A DNA stretch of 36,247 nt. Source: an uncultured Bacilli bacterium. Lineage in GTDB: Bacteria > Bacillota_I > Bacilli_A > RF39 > UBA660. Under the pieces are notes generated by a model that was not told the origin of the DNA, searched no databases, and saw only the letters and a program-made list of their open reading frames with translations. Below are positions 25,480 to 33,832 of the stretch, one piece after another. The stretch is from assembly GCA_944358495.1 (NCBI GenBank), contig CALVRF010000002.1, positions 1 to 36,247 on the forward strand, given 5' to 3'. A program made the translations under genes and the position numbers. The stretch's first letter is position 1; the number at the start of each line of letters is the position of its first letter.

Positions 25480-25506
25480 GACATAATAAAAAGGGAGGAA
25501 TATAAA

Positions 25507-26694
25507 ATGTTAAAAACAATTAAAAATTTAGAATTAAAAAATAAAAAAGTAATCATTAGATGTGATTTAAATGTACCAATGAAAGATGGAGTTATTACGA
25601 ATGATAACCGTATTAAAGAAAGCCTTAAAACTATTACTTATGCAACCGGAAAAGGTGCTAAGGTAATTTTGCTTTCACATTTAGGTAGAATAAAAACCAA
25701 AGAAGATAAAAAGAAATATACATTAAAACCTATAGCTGAGCGCCTTAGCGAACTATTGAAAGAACCAGTAACGTTTATCGATGAAACAAAAGGTGAAAAA
25801 TTAGAAAATGCTATTAAAAAAATGAAATCTAAAGATATTATTCTTATCGAAAACACTAGATTTGAAGATTTAGATGGTGAAAAAGAAAGCACCAATAATG
25901 ATGAATTAGCTAAATATTGGGCTTCATTAGGAGATATTTTCATTAATGATGCTTTTGGAACTGCTCATCGTAATCATGCTTCAACTGTGGGTATTGCTAA
26001 ATATTTACCAAGTGGTATTGGCTTTTTAATGGAAAAGGAAATCAAATCTTTATCTAAAGCCACCAAAAGGCCAAAAAAACCATATGTTATTATTTTAGGT
26101 GGTTCCAAAGTTAGTGATAAAATAGCAATAATTCAAAATCTTGTCCCTAAAGCTGATTATTTATTAATTGGTGGAGCTATGGCCTTTACTTTTCTTAAAG
26201 CTGCTGGCTTTGAAGTGGGCAAATCTATCGTTGAAAATAAACAAATTGATTACTGTATTGATTTGTTAGATAAATATACTGATAAAATCATTTTACCAAT
26301 CGATATTGTTACCAGCGAATCCATGACCGATAAAGCCGACACCAAACTCAAATTTATTAATGAAATAGCTGAAGATGAAATTGGTTTAGATATTGGCCAA
26401 GGCACTATAAAAGTTTTCAAACAATATTTAGAAGATAGTAACACGATTATATGGAATGGCCCAGTAGGACTATATGAATTTGAACCATTCCAAAATGGTA
26501 CTAAAGAGCTTTTAGAAATCATTACCAACACTAAAGCTACCACTATTATTGGTGGTGGCGACATTGCTAGTGCAGCCATTAATTTCGGTTATCAAGATAA
26601 AATATCGCATATTTCTACCGGTGGTGGCGCAAGCCTAGCATTCCTTGAAGGTAAAGAATTACCTGCTTTGAAAGTAATCGATGCAAAAAAATAA
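25507..26694 (+). CDS. pgk: phosphoglycerate kinase
   Basis: AGGGAGG RBS. Conserved Pgk motifs ([44 protein letters not shown]). Confidence 0.95.
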   Translation: MLKTIKNLELKNKKVIIRCDLNVPMKDGVITNDNRIKESLKTITYATGKGAKVILLSHLGRIKTKEDKKKYTLKPIAERLSELLKEPVTFIDETKGEKLENAIKKMKSKDIILIENTRFEDLDGEKESTNNDELAKYWASLGDIFINDAFGTAHRNHASTVGIAKYLPSGIGFLMEKEIKSLSKATKRPKKPYVIILGGSKVSDKIAIIQNLVPKADYLLIGGAMAFTFLKAAGFEVGKSIVENKQIDYCIDLLDKYTDKIILPIDIVTSESMTDKADTKLKFINEIAEDEIGLDIGQGTIKVFKQYLEDSNTIIWNGPVGLYEFEPFQNGTKELLEIITNTKATTIIGGGDIASAAINFGYQDKISHISTGGGASLAFLEGKELPALKVIDAKK

Positions 26695-27676
26695 TATTCG
26701 TAATGGCCTCATTATTGCCGTTGTTACTATTATTGTCCTATTTTTTGCCTTAAAGGATGATTTCAGTGAAAAGATTGGTTATTTAGTTTCTTTTAATCCC
26801 TGGTGGCTTTGTTTAGGAGTCTTATTAGTTATTGCTTACTGGCTTTTAAAAACTTTAGCTCTTTATTATTGTACAACTAAAATAAATCCAAATTATCAAC
26901 TAAAAAAATCATGGAAGCTAACTTTAGATACGCAATTTTTTAATGCTATTACCCCATTTTCTTTAGGTGGACAACCATATCAAATTTATCGGTTAAAAAA
27001 ACAAGGTTTTAGTTTAGAGCAAGGAATGAATATTATTATTCAAGATTGTGTTGTTTACCAAATTGCTTTAATTATCTTAGGAACCATTGCGATAATTGCC
27101 AATTACTATTTTGGAATTTTTCCCGAAAATTCTTTATTAAAAAAATTAGTTTTCATCGGTTATTTAATCAATTTATCTGTAATTGTGATATTATTTATTG
27201 TTGCCTTCAATAAAAGGGGGAATAAATTGCTTTTAAACTTTGCCATTAAAGTTGGAGCCAAACTTCATCTAATTAAAAATAAAGAGGCCTTTTTAAATCG
27301 CAGTAATCAAATCATTAGTGAATTTCACGATAGTGCCTTATTGCTAATGAATAGCAAATGGCATTTTATAAAAGTTATTATAATTAACCTTTTTGCCTTA
27401 AGCTTATTGTATTTAGTACCATTTACCCTTATAATGGGACTAGGGGAATATTTAAATCCACTAGTAGTTATTGTAGCCTCAGCTTATGTTATGCTCATGG
27501 GATCATTTGTTCCACTTCCAGGAGGAACCGGGGGATTAGAATTTGGATTTGTTAGATTTTTTGGCTTTTATATTATTGGAGCTAAACTTTCCAGTATCAT
27601 GATAACATGGCGCTTACTTACTTATTATTTGGGGTTAATAGTTGGCGCGATTTCCCTAAACAAAAAGGAGGGTTAG
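26681..27676 (+). CDS. flippase-like / lysylphosphatidylglycerol-synthase-TM-domain family membrane protein (UPF0104)
   Basis: ATG 26681 lies inside the last 14 nt of pgk. Polytopic membrane protein with the family-typical [18 protein letters not shown] and a C-terminal [10 protein letters not shown] motif. Confidence 0.65.
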   Translation: MQKNNIRNGLIIAVVTIIVLFFALKDDFSEKIGYLVSFNPWWLCLGVLLVIAYWLLKTLALYYCTTKINPNYQLKKSWKLTLDTQFFNAITPFSLGGQPYQIYRLKKQGFSLEQGMNIIIQDCVVYQIALIILGTIAIIANYYFGIFPENSLLKKLVFIGYLINLSVIVILFIVAFNKRGNKLLLNFAIKVGAKLHLIKNKEAFLNRSNQIISEFHDSALLLMNSKWHFIKVIIINLFALSLLYLVPFTLIMGLGEYLNPLVVIVASAYVMLMGSFVPLPGGTGGLEFGFVRFFGFYIIGAKLSSIMITWRLLTYYLGLIVGAISLNKKEG

Positions 27677-27677
27677 T

Positions 27678-28910
27678 ATGCGAATAGGCATATTTACGGA
27701 AACTTATACACCATATGTTAGTGGATTAGTTACTAGTGAACTCATGCTTAAAAATGCCCTTGAAAAAAAAGGCCATGAAGTATATGTCGTTACTGCTAAT
27801 CTGCAAAATTTTCGTTATGAATATGATGAAGAAGAACATGTTTTAAGAATTCCAGGAATTCCAACTGGCATTTATAATTCTAGACTGACTAGTATTTACC
27901 CTATCCAAGCCGTTAATAAAATTAAAAGTTGGGATTTAGATGTTATTCATTCACAAACCGAGTTTGCTATTGGAACTTTTGCGCGTATTTTTGCCAAACA
28001 GTATAATATTCCGATTGTTCATACATATCATACAATGTATGAAGATTATGTTCATTATATTACTAAAGGTCATTTTAATCGTTCAAGTAAAAAAATTGTC
28101 GAATATTTGACTAAGTTTTACTGTGATAAAACCATTACAGAATTAATTGTTCCAACCAAAAAGGCCTATGATTTATTTAAAGAAAAATATAATGTCGAAA
28201 GAAATATTCATATAATTCCAACTGGTATTGAAGTTGAAAGATTTTATAAAGAAAATATTAATTCGAAAAAAATTATGGAATTAAAAAAACAGTACAAACT
28301 TACTAAAAAAGACTTTGTTGGTATTTTTGTCGGTCGAATTGCTGAAGAAAAAAATATTCCATTTCTTATAAATGTGGTGGAAAAGGTTATTAAAGAAAAA
28401 CCTAATATGAAATTATTAATCATTGGTGATGGACCTGACAAAGAAAATTATGAAAACTTAGTCAAAGAGAAAAATTGTCAAAATAATATTATTTTTACTG
28501 GCAAAGTTTCTTGGGAAGATATTCCCGCTTATTATAGGTTAGGTGATATTTTCTTATCCGCATCAACCACTGAAACTCAAGGCCTTACTATTATTGAAGC
28601 GATGGCAGCTTCCTTACCGGCTTTATGCATTGATGACGAAAGCTTTCGCAATACTGTTGTTGACGATTTAAATGGTTACTTATTTAAAAATGAAACCGAA
28701 TGTCAAAAATACATTTTAAAAATCATGCAAGATAAAAAACTTTTATCCACACTTCAAAGAGGCGCGAGGACTAGTGCTGAAAAACACTCTTCAAAATATT
28801 TTGCCGAACAAGTATTAGATGTTTATCAAAAAGCTATTGATACTCAGAAAAATAGCTTAAAAACAAAACTCTTTAATCTTTTAGATAAGGTGAGCCCATG
28901 GAAAAAATAG
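27678..28910 (+). CDS. family 4 glycosyltransferase, diacylglycerol glycosyltransferase-like (glycolipid synthase type)
   Basis: AAAGGAGGG RBS within the upstream gene end; start is 1 nt after its stop. The N-terminus MRIGIFTETYTPYVSGLVTS resembles monoglucosyl-DAG synthases. GT-B C-terminal EX7E region (TETQGLTIIEAMAASLP). Confidence 0.75.
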   Translation: MRIGIFTETYTPYVSGLVTSELMLKNALEKKGHEVYVVTANLQNFRYEYDEEEHVLRIPGIPTGIYNSRLTSIYPIQAVNKIKSWDLDVIHSQTEFAIGTFARIFAKQYNIPIVHTYHTMYEDYVHYITKGHFNRSSKKIVEYLTKFYCDKTITELIVPTKKAYDLFKEKYNVERNIHIIPTGIEVERFYKENINSKKIMELKKQYKLTKKDFVGIFVGRIAEEKNIPFLINVVEKVIKEKPNMKLLIIGDGPDKENYENLVKEKNCQNNIIFTGKVSWEDIPAYYRLGDIFLSASTTETQGLTIIEAMAASLPALCIDDESFRNTVVDDLNGYLFKNETECQKYILKIMQDKKLLSTLQRGARTSAEKHSSKYFAEQVLDVYQKAIDTQKNSLKTKLFNLLDKVSPWKK

Positions 28911-29575
28911 TTGCTCTAAATCACAAAATGAATATGGATTATGATGAGTTGCAAGATTATATTGATGATTTAAAAAAAATAAACTTAAATCCCATTGTTT
29001 TTCCAACAGCTATTCATGCACCATATTTTGTGGAAGATCATTTTCGCACTGGCCTGCAAAATATTTATTTTCAAGATAATGGGGCTTTTACTGGTGAAAC
29101 ATCACCAAAACAAGCTAAAAAACTTGGTATTGAATATGTCCTAGTGGGCCATAGTGAAAGACGAGAGCTTTTTTCTGAAAGTAATGAAGAAATTAATAAA
29201 AAAATCAAATTGGCTTTAGAAAATGACTTAAAAGTAATACTATGTGTTGGTGAAAAAAATAATGAAGATTATCAAACTGTCATTAAAAGACAAATAAAAG
29301 AAGGACTTCAAAATATAACTAAGCCTGTTATTATTGCCTATGAGCCTGTATGGGCTATTGGTAGTGGGGTTATTCCTAGTAATGAACATATAAAAACTGT
29401 TATAACTTATATTCAGTCATTATTAAATTACGATGTAAAAGTACTATATGGTGGTAGTGTTAATAGTATCACTATCCAAAAAATAAATGAAGTAAATGTT
29501 GTATCCGGCTACCTAATTGGTGGTTCATCTACCAGTATTCAGGAGCTAAAAAAAATTAAAGAAGTTGTAAGCTAA
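28898..29575 (+). CDS. tpiA: triose-phosphate isomerase (compact, 225 aa)
   Basis: ATG overlaps the GT4 end by 13 nt, with RBS AAGGTGAG. Catalytic motifs NHKMN (Asn/Lys), GHSERR (His), AYEPVWAIGSG (Glu), YGGSV. Confidence 0.9.
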   Translation: MEKIVALNHKMNMDYDELQDYIDDLKKINLNPIVFPTAIHAPYFVEDHFRTGLQNIYFQDNGAFTGETSPKQAKKLGIEYVLVGHSERRELFSESNEEINKKIKLALENDLKVILCVGEKNNEDYQTVIKRQIKEGLQNITKPVIIAYEPVWAIGSGVIPSNEHIKTVITYIQSLLNYDVKVLYGGSVNSITIQKINEVNVVSGYLIGGSSTSIQELKKIKEVVS

Positions 29576-29593
29576 AACTTCTTTATTTTTTTT
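29558..29593 (+). terminator. rho-independent terminator of tpiA
   Basis: AAAGAAGTT (29558-29566) pairs with AACTTCTTT (29576-29584), followed by ATTTTTTTT. Confidence 0.65.
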
Positions 29594-29602
29594 GAAAATC
29601 GA

Positions 29603-29609
29603 TTCGACA
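29603..29609 (+). promoter_or_regulatory. consensus Spo0A box (TTCGACA, complement of TGTCGAA) upstream of spo0A
   Basis: Exact 7-mer 77 nt upstream of the spo0A ATG. An imperfect box TGTCAAT at 29640-29646 abuts a TATAAT at 29653-29658. Confidence 0.4.
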
Positions 29610-29685
29610 AAATTAGCTATTTTTTACTCTAGTAAATTGTGTCAATGTTTTGTATAATTTTAATATAGTAAAGGAGATATGAAAA

Positions 29686-30450
29686 ATGAAAAAAATAAAT
29701 GTGTTAATGATAGATGATAATATAAATCTTATAGAAATGGTTAGAGAATATTTTAAAATGACAGATGAAATAAACATATGCTTAGAAGCTCATAATGGTT
29801 TAGAAGGAATTGAAGTTATCGAACAAAATCAAGATAAATTCGATTTGATTATTTTAGACCTTATCATGCCTAAAAAAGATGGAATTTATGTCCTTAACGA
29901 AATGAAAAAACGTGGCATTAATAAAAAAGTCATTGTCGCAACAAGTTATAATGCGGCAGAAGTAATTAGAGAAGTATCTGAATATGGGGTCAATTACTAT
30001 GTCTTAAAACCTTTTGACTTAGATGATTTAAAAGCCCGTATTTATGATATTACAAATAAAAAGGAAGACAATCAAAATATTGATTTCTATAACAGTAATT
30101 TGCAAGTATCAATCACTAAGATGCTTCATGAATTGGGAATTCCATCACACATTAAAGGTTACCAATATATAAGAGAGGCTGTTGGAATAATTTTTGAAAA
30201 TCCAAGTATTATTGGTGGTATTACTAAAGAATTATATCCAGAACTTGCTCAAAAATATAATACAACAGTATCAAGAGTTGAAAGAGCTATTAGACATGCC
30301 ATTGAAGTTAGTTGGAACAGAGGTAATTTAGATTTTATGGAAGAAATATTTGGCTATAGTGTCGATATTGATAAAGCCAAACCAACTAATTCAGAATTTA
30401 TGGTTACTATTGCCGATAAATTAAGATTAGATTTCCACAAAGTTGGTTAA
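29686..30450 (+). CDS. spo0A: sporulation master response regulator Spo0A
   Basis: AAGGAGA RBS. Receiver domain (DDN..., [16 protein letters not shown]). C-terminal Spo0A-specific DNA-binding domain with [18 protein letters not shown]. Confidence 0.93.
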   Translation: MKKINVLMIDDNINLIEMVREYFKMTDEINICLEAHNGLEGIEVIEQNQDKFDLIILDLIMPKKDGIYVLNEMKKRGINKKVIVATSYNAAEVIREVSEYGVNYYVLKPFDLDDLKARIYDITNKKEDNQNIDFYNSNLQVSITKMLHELGIPSHIKGYQYIREAVGIIFENPSIIGGITKELYPELAQKYNTTVSRVERAIRHAIEVSWNRGNLDFMEEIFGYSVDIDKAKPTNSEFMVTIADKLRLDFHKVG

Positions 30451-30495
30451 ATTAATGAATAAAAATAATTAATTTAGTTATTTCACCATAAAATA

Positions 30496-30504
30496 TGTTA
30501 TAAT
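30496..30504 (+). promoter_or_regulatory. extended -10 promoter element upstream of pilin-like gene 3
   Basis: TGtTATAAT at 30496-30504, 18 nt upstream of the ATG region. The -35 is weak. Confidence 0.45.
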
Positions 30505-30522
30505 CGAAATAGGTGATTATAC

Positions 30523-30927
30523 ATGCAAGTAAAAGAAAAGGGTTTTACTTTAATTGAATTAGTCGGAGTTGTTGTTATTTTAGCCATTATTGCTTTGGTA
30601 GTTTTTCCTGCTACTTTAAATGTTTTAAATCAAGGCCAAACCAATGTTGATAATTCTATCAAAGACCTTGTCATTACTGCGGCCAACGAATATGTTGGTG
30701 ATCGTATAAATAATTTTCCTAAACAATTAGAAAACAAGACAGGAGAGCGCAGTTATGGTAGTAAAGGCAAGATTACACCACAAATGTTAGTTCAAAATGG
30801 TTATTTAGAACAATCAGTGATCGATGAAAACTGTGAAATTCAAGATGATTATGTCACAGTAACTAGTAATACCCAAAAGTACATCTTTGAATACGTTGAA
30901 GGAACTGCTAATAATGCTTGTGATTAA
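30523..30927 (+). CDS. type IV pilin / pseudopilin-like protein (paralog 3)
   Basis: MQVKEKG|FTLIELVGVVVILAIIALVVFP prepilin signal with Glu+5. QNGYL motif and a C-terminal Cys pair (ENC...NAC). RBS AGGTGAT. Confidence 0.8.
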   Translation: MQVKEKGFTLIELVGVVVILAIIALVVFPATLNVLNQGQTNVDNSIKDLVITAANEYVGDRINNFPKQLENKTGERSYGSKGKITPQMLVQNGYLEQSVIDENCEIQDDYVTVTSNTQKYIFEYVEGTANNACD

Positions 30928-30948
30928 TTATTAAATAAAAATGCTCCA

Positions 30949-30978
30949 AGCTCAAAACCATAAAGTTTTGGCTTTTTT
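30949..30978 (+). terminator. rho-independent terminator of pilin gene 3
   Basis: AGC(T)CAAAAC (30949-30958) pairs with GTTTTGGCT (30965-30973), followed by TTTTT. Confidence 0.55.
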
Positions 30979-30989
30979 AGTTCCCAAAA

Positions 30990-31018
30990 TTGAAAAAATA
31001 TCATTTATATATTATAAT
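30990..31018 (+). promoter_or_regulatory. sigma-A promoter of dusB
   Basis: TTGAAA at 30990-30995, 17-nt spacer, TATAAT at 31013-31018. Confidence 0.55.
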
Positions 31019-31033
31019 GTTTTCGGTGATATT

Positions 31034-32014
31034 ATGTGGAAAATTGGTAACATTGAAATTCAAAATCAAGTAGTTTTAGCTCCTATGGCAGGTATTTCCA
31101 ATAATGCTTTTAGAACGATTGCCAAAGAGATGGGCTGCGGTTTAATTGTTGCCGAAATGGTTAGTGATAAAGCTATTTATTATCACAATCAAAAAACATT
31201 AGATATGCTTTATATGACCGATTTTGAAAGGCCACTTTCTCAGCAGATATTTGGTAGTGATGTCGAAAGCTTTACAGTGGCAGCTAAATACATTAACGAT
31301 AATATGCATCCTGATATTATCGATATCAACATGGGTTGTCCAGTACCTAAAGTAGCTACTAGAGCTCAGGCCGGTAGCGCTTTACTCAAAGATCCTCAAA
31401 AAGTTTTTGAAATTGTCAAAGCGGTTGTTAATGCTGTTGATGTACCGGTTACTGTCAAAATTCGTAGTGGTTGGGATCATAACAGTATCAATGCTGTTGA
31501 AATTGCTCAAATTTGCGAACAAGCCGGCGCCAGTGCTATAACTGTTCATGGTCGCACTAGAAGTCAAGGTTATAGTGGTAAAGCAGACTGGAATATAATA
31601 AAAAAAGTAAAAGAAAGTGTCAGTATACCGGTTATTGGTAACGGTGATATTAAAAGTCCAATGGATGCTAAAAGAATGTTAGAAGAAACTGGCTGTGATG
31701 CCATTATGATAGGTAGGGGAGCTTTAGGGAATCCTTGGATTATTAAAGATACTATTAAGTATTTAAAAGATGGCACATTAGCACCCCAAAGAACAAAAGA
31801 AGAAAAAATAAACATGATAAAAAAGCATTTAAATTATTTGTTAAAAATTAGACCTGAAAAAGTAGCTATTACTGAAATGCGTACTCATGTTGCTCATTAT
31901 TTAAAAGGACTTCCTAATACAGCTAATTTAAAAAATGAAATCTTCAAAACTACAGATATTGAAAAATTCAATCAGCTTTTAGATGATTATGTAAGTACCA
32001 TTGAATCAAACTAA
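31034..32014 (+). CDS. dusB: tRNA-dihydrouridine synthase
   Basis: Start set at ATG 31034 (MWKIGNIEI...) after GGTGAT; the tracked upstream extension covers the terminator and promoter. Dus motifs LAPMAG, DINMGCP, VTVKIR, TVHGRTR. Confidence 0.9.
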   Translation: MWKIGNIEIQNQVVLAPMAGISNNAFRTIAKEMGCGLIVAEMVSDKAIYYHNQKTLDMLYMTDFERPLSQQIFGSDVESFTVAAKYINDNMHPDIIDINMGCPVPKVATRAQAGSALLKDPQKVFEIVKAVVNAVDVPVTVKIRSGWDHNSINAVEIAQICEQAGASAITVHGRTRSQGYSGKADWNIIKKVKESVSIPVIGNGDIKSPMDAKRMLEETGCDAIMIGRGALGNPWIIKDTIKYLKDGTLAPQRTKEEKINMIKKHLNYLLKIRPEKVAITEMRTHVAHYLKGLPNTANLKNEIFKTTDIEKFNQLLDDYVSTIESN

Positions 32015-32015
32015 G

Positions 32016-33155
32016 GTGCACAATTAAGTGCAATTAACGATTACAAATTTCTTGATTAATATCTTTAAGAGGTGAATCTTTTGGTAAGACATATCTAATA
32101 AATTCATGTTTTTTTCAATGCCACCTTTTTGCCAAAAAGTCGAAGGGTCACAATAAAATACTTTAGATTTTTGTTCACCGGTTTTATGATTGCATTCAAG
32201 GTTTAACACATCAAAAAATTCATGTCCATTATCAGTTAATATTACTTGAAATAGTCTTTTGTAATCATCATATGAAATTAATGTTTAAAGGAGTTCGAAT
32301 ATTTTAGTTACTTCTATTGTTGTTTGACTTTCTAGTTTAAATATAAGCATAAAGCGAGATTTTCTCCAAAAAAGTGTAAGAAAATATTCAGGCTCGGTTT
32401 ATACTTCTTCAACAGTATCCATTTCAACAATGTTTAATTCGGGATTTTTACTTGTATATTCTATAAATTCTTTGTAAGTTCTTCCAATTAAAATTTCTCT
32501 TTCTTTTCTAGTTCTGCGCTTATTAGAATTTTTTCTTTTCTTATATTTTTCTATTCTTGGAAAGTCTAAAGGAACAAATTCAAAAACTCCGGAATTAACA
32601 TAATTATAAAAGGAAGCTTTAGGAAAGTCTAAAATATCATGGTGATTGATATATAAATGATTAATAGCTTGTCCTTTTTTAATAAGAGGAGTAAAAACTT
32701 TATTGATTTCATAAACTTCTTCTTGAGTTAAATTAATACCTTTACGAGCCTCACTTTTTACTTCCCTATAAGAATCGTCATCACGTCTAGCATAGTAAGT
32801 AAATCTTTCTTTCCGGCAACCTCTTCTGGCTTTACAACCGTTACAAACATAAGGTGGTTTAGATAATCTGTCACAGGAAATATCTCTATCATAATTATTG
32901 TTTTTATAAATATCATAAGTTTTAGGTTTTGAATATATCTTGTCTCTGTCGACTTCTCTTAAAATAGTAGAATGGGCTCGATTTAAATCTTTAGCAATTT
33001 GATTGATAGAAATATTATCATTCAATCCATCCTCGATGTTCTTTCTATCTTCATAAGATAGATGACAATAATTTGCCATGTACCTTTAATGACAAATAAA
33101 TTGCTTAGGAAGTATTATACACCATTATAAATCTTATTGCACAGCTTTTGTGCAC
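32016..33155 (-). mobile_element. decayed IS30-family insertion sequence (~1.14 kb) with imperfect terminal inverted repeats
   Basis: Left end GTGCACAATTAAGTGCAATTA (32016-) versus the reverse complement of the right end GTGCACAAAAGCTGTGCAATA (-33155). These enclose an IS30-type transposase reading frame. The left end starts 2 nt after the dusB stop. Confidence 0.65.
32024..33079 (-). pseudogene. IS30-family transposase, disrupted by frameshifts and an in-frame stop
   Basis: The N-terminal 226 aa are intact (HTH ...INQIAKDLNRAHSTILREV, VCNGC Cys motif) up to the first DDE Asp (VEMDTVE). The rest is readable only across frame changes: ...FMLIFKLESQ...ELL*..., ILTDNGHEF (second Asp), FYCDPSTFWQKGGIEKN (Glu), then another shift (HEFIRYVLPKDSPLKDINQEICNR). 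Confidence 0.7.
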
Positions 33156-33204
33156 TTCTTTTTTAAATTACTGATTTAACTAATGGTTATTTGAGTTTAA
33201 TTCC

Positions 33205-33233
33205 TTGACTAAAAGTTTAGTTTTATATATAAT
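33205..33233 (+). promoter_or_regulatory. sigma-A promoter of the 33258 gene
   Basis: TTGACT at 33205-33210, 17-nt spacer, TATAAT at 33228-33233. Confidence 0.6.
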
Positions 33234-33257
33234 ATGGCTTAGAAAGGTGTGAATTTT

Positions 33258-33665
33258 ATGAATAAAGAAAAAATGATTCAAGAGGTAAGCACACAAATTA
33301 TTAATCAAGTTAGTGCTTATTTTCAAGAGCAGATGGAACAAAAAGAACCATATAATATCTATGTTATAAATGAAGTTTTTTTAAGCGAAGATAAAATCAC
33401 AGACTATTTATATGAGATCGGGGCTATTAATTATTCTTTACAAGAGGTGGATTTATTAAGGCAAACTATTCGTACTAATGTTTATGAATATATGTATAAC
33501 GGTGAATTTACTGATTATGTAAAGTGGAGTAATTTAGAGAACGAAAAGAGAAAAAAACAAACTGAAATCGTTGAAAAACAAAACGAATTAGAACAAATAA
33601 AGCAAAAGCAAATGCAAACAAATTTTGCCCATACTATTGAAGGGGTATCTGCTAGTATAAAATAA
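33258..33665 (+). CDS. hypothetical protein with a coiled-coil C-terminus (135 aa)
   Basis: ATG 33258 after GAAAGGTG. It has its own promoter and terminator. No family recognised. Confidence 0.45.
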   Translation: MNKEKMIQEVSTQIINQVSAYFQEQMEQKEPYNIYVINEVFLSEDKITDYLYEIGAINYSLQEVDLLRQTIRTNVYEYMYNGEFTDYVKWSNLENEKRKKQTEIVEKQNELEQIKQKQMQTNFAHTIEGVSASIK

Positions 33666-33686
33666 TTGGAATTTTCCAATTTTTTA
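33664..33686 (+). terminator. rho-independent terminator of the 33258 gene
   Basis: AATTGGAA / TTCCAATT palindrome followed by TTTTT. Confidence 0.55.
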
Positions 33687-33729
33687 TTTGACATTTCTGC
33701 AAAAAATAGAGGTTTATGGAGAATGTTAC
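33686..33729. repeat. copy C (diverged) of the terminator-adjacent intergenic element
   Basis: atttgacatttctgcaaaaaatagaggtttatggagaatgttac is colinear with copies A and B. It is 24/36 identical to each in the segment after ACA by hand count. It again starts directly after a terminator T-run. Confidence 0.35.
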
Positions 33730-33778
33730 TTTTAAATAACTTTGTTAGAATATATTTTTAAAATAAAAACATATTTTG

Positions 33779-33807
33779 TTGCTGATTAAATATAATTTTG
33801 TTATAAT
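33779..33807 (+). promoter_or_regulatory. sigma-A promoter of the phosphoketolase gene
   Basis: TTGCTG at 33779-33784, 17-nt spacer, TATAAT at 33802-33807, preceded by TGt (extended -10). Confidence 0.55.
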
Positions 33808-33832
33808 TAAATTAGAATAGAAGGGGATAAAA

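Noticed and set aside
25089-26579. Minus-strand ORFs 25089-25397, 25638-25943 and 26250-26579
   Set aside because: They are antisense to the pilin gene and pgk and are shadow ORFs.
28898-29575. Short TIM (225 aa, NHKMN instead of NWKMN) as a possible pseudogene
   Set aside because: All catalytic residues (Asn/Lys, His, Glu) and the phosphate-binding C-terminal motifs are present, so it is a compact but probably functional enzyme.
32024-32209. 61-aa minus-strand ORF as an independent gene
   Set aside because: Its translation (FYCDPSTFWQKGGIEKN) is the C-terminal DDE segment of the disrupted IS30 transposase, so it is part of the pseudogene.
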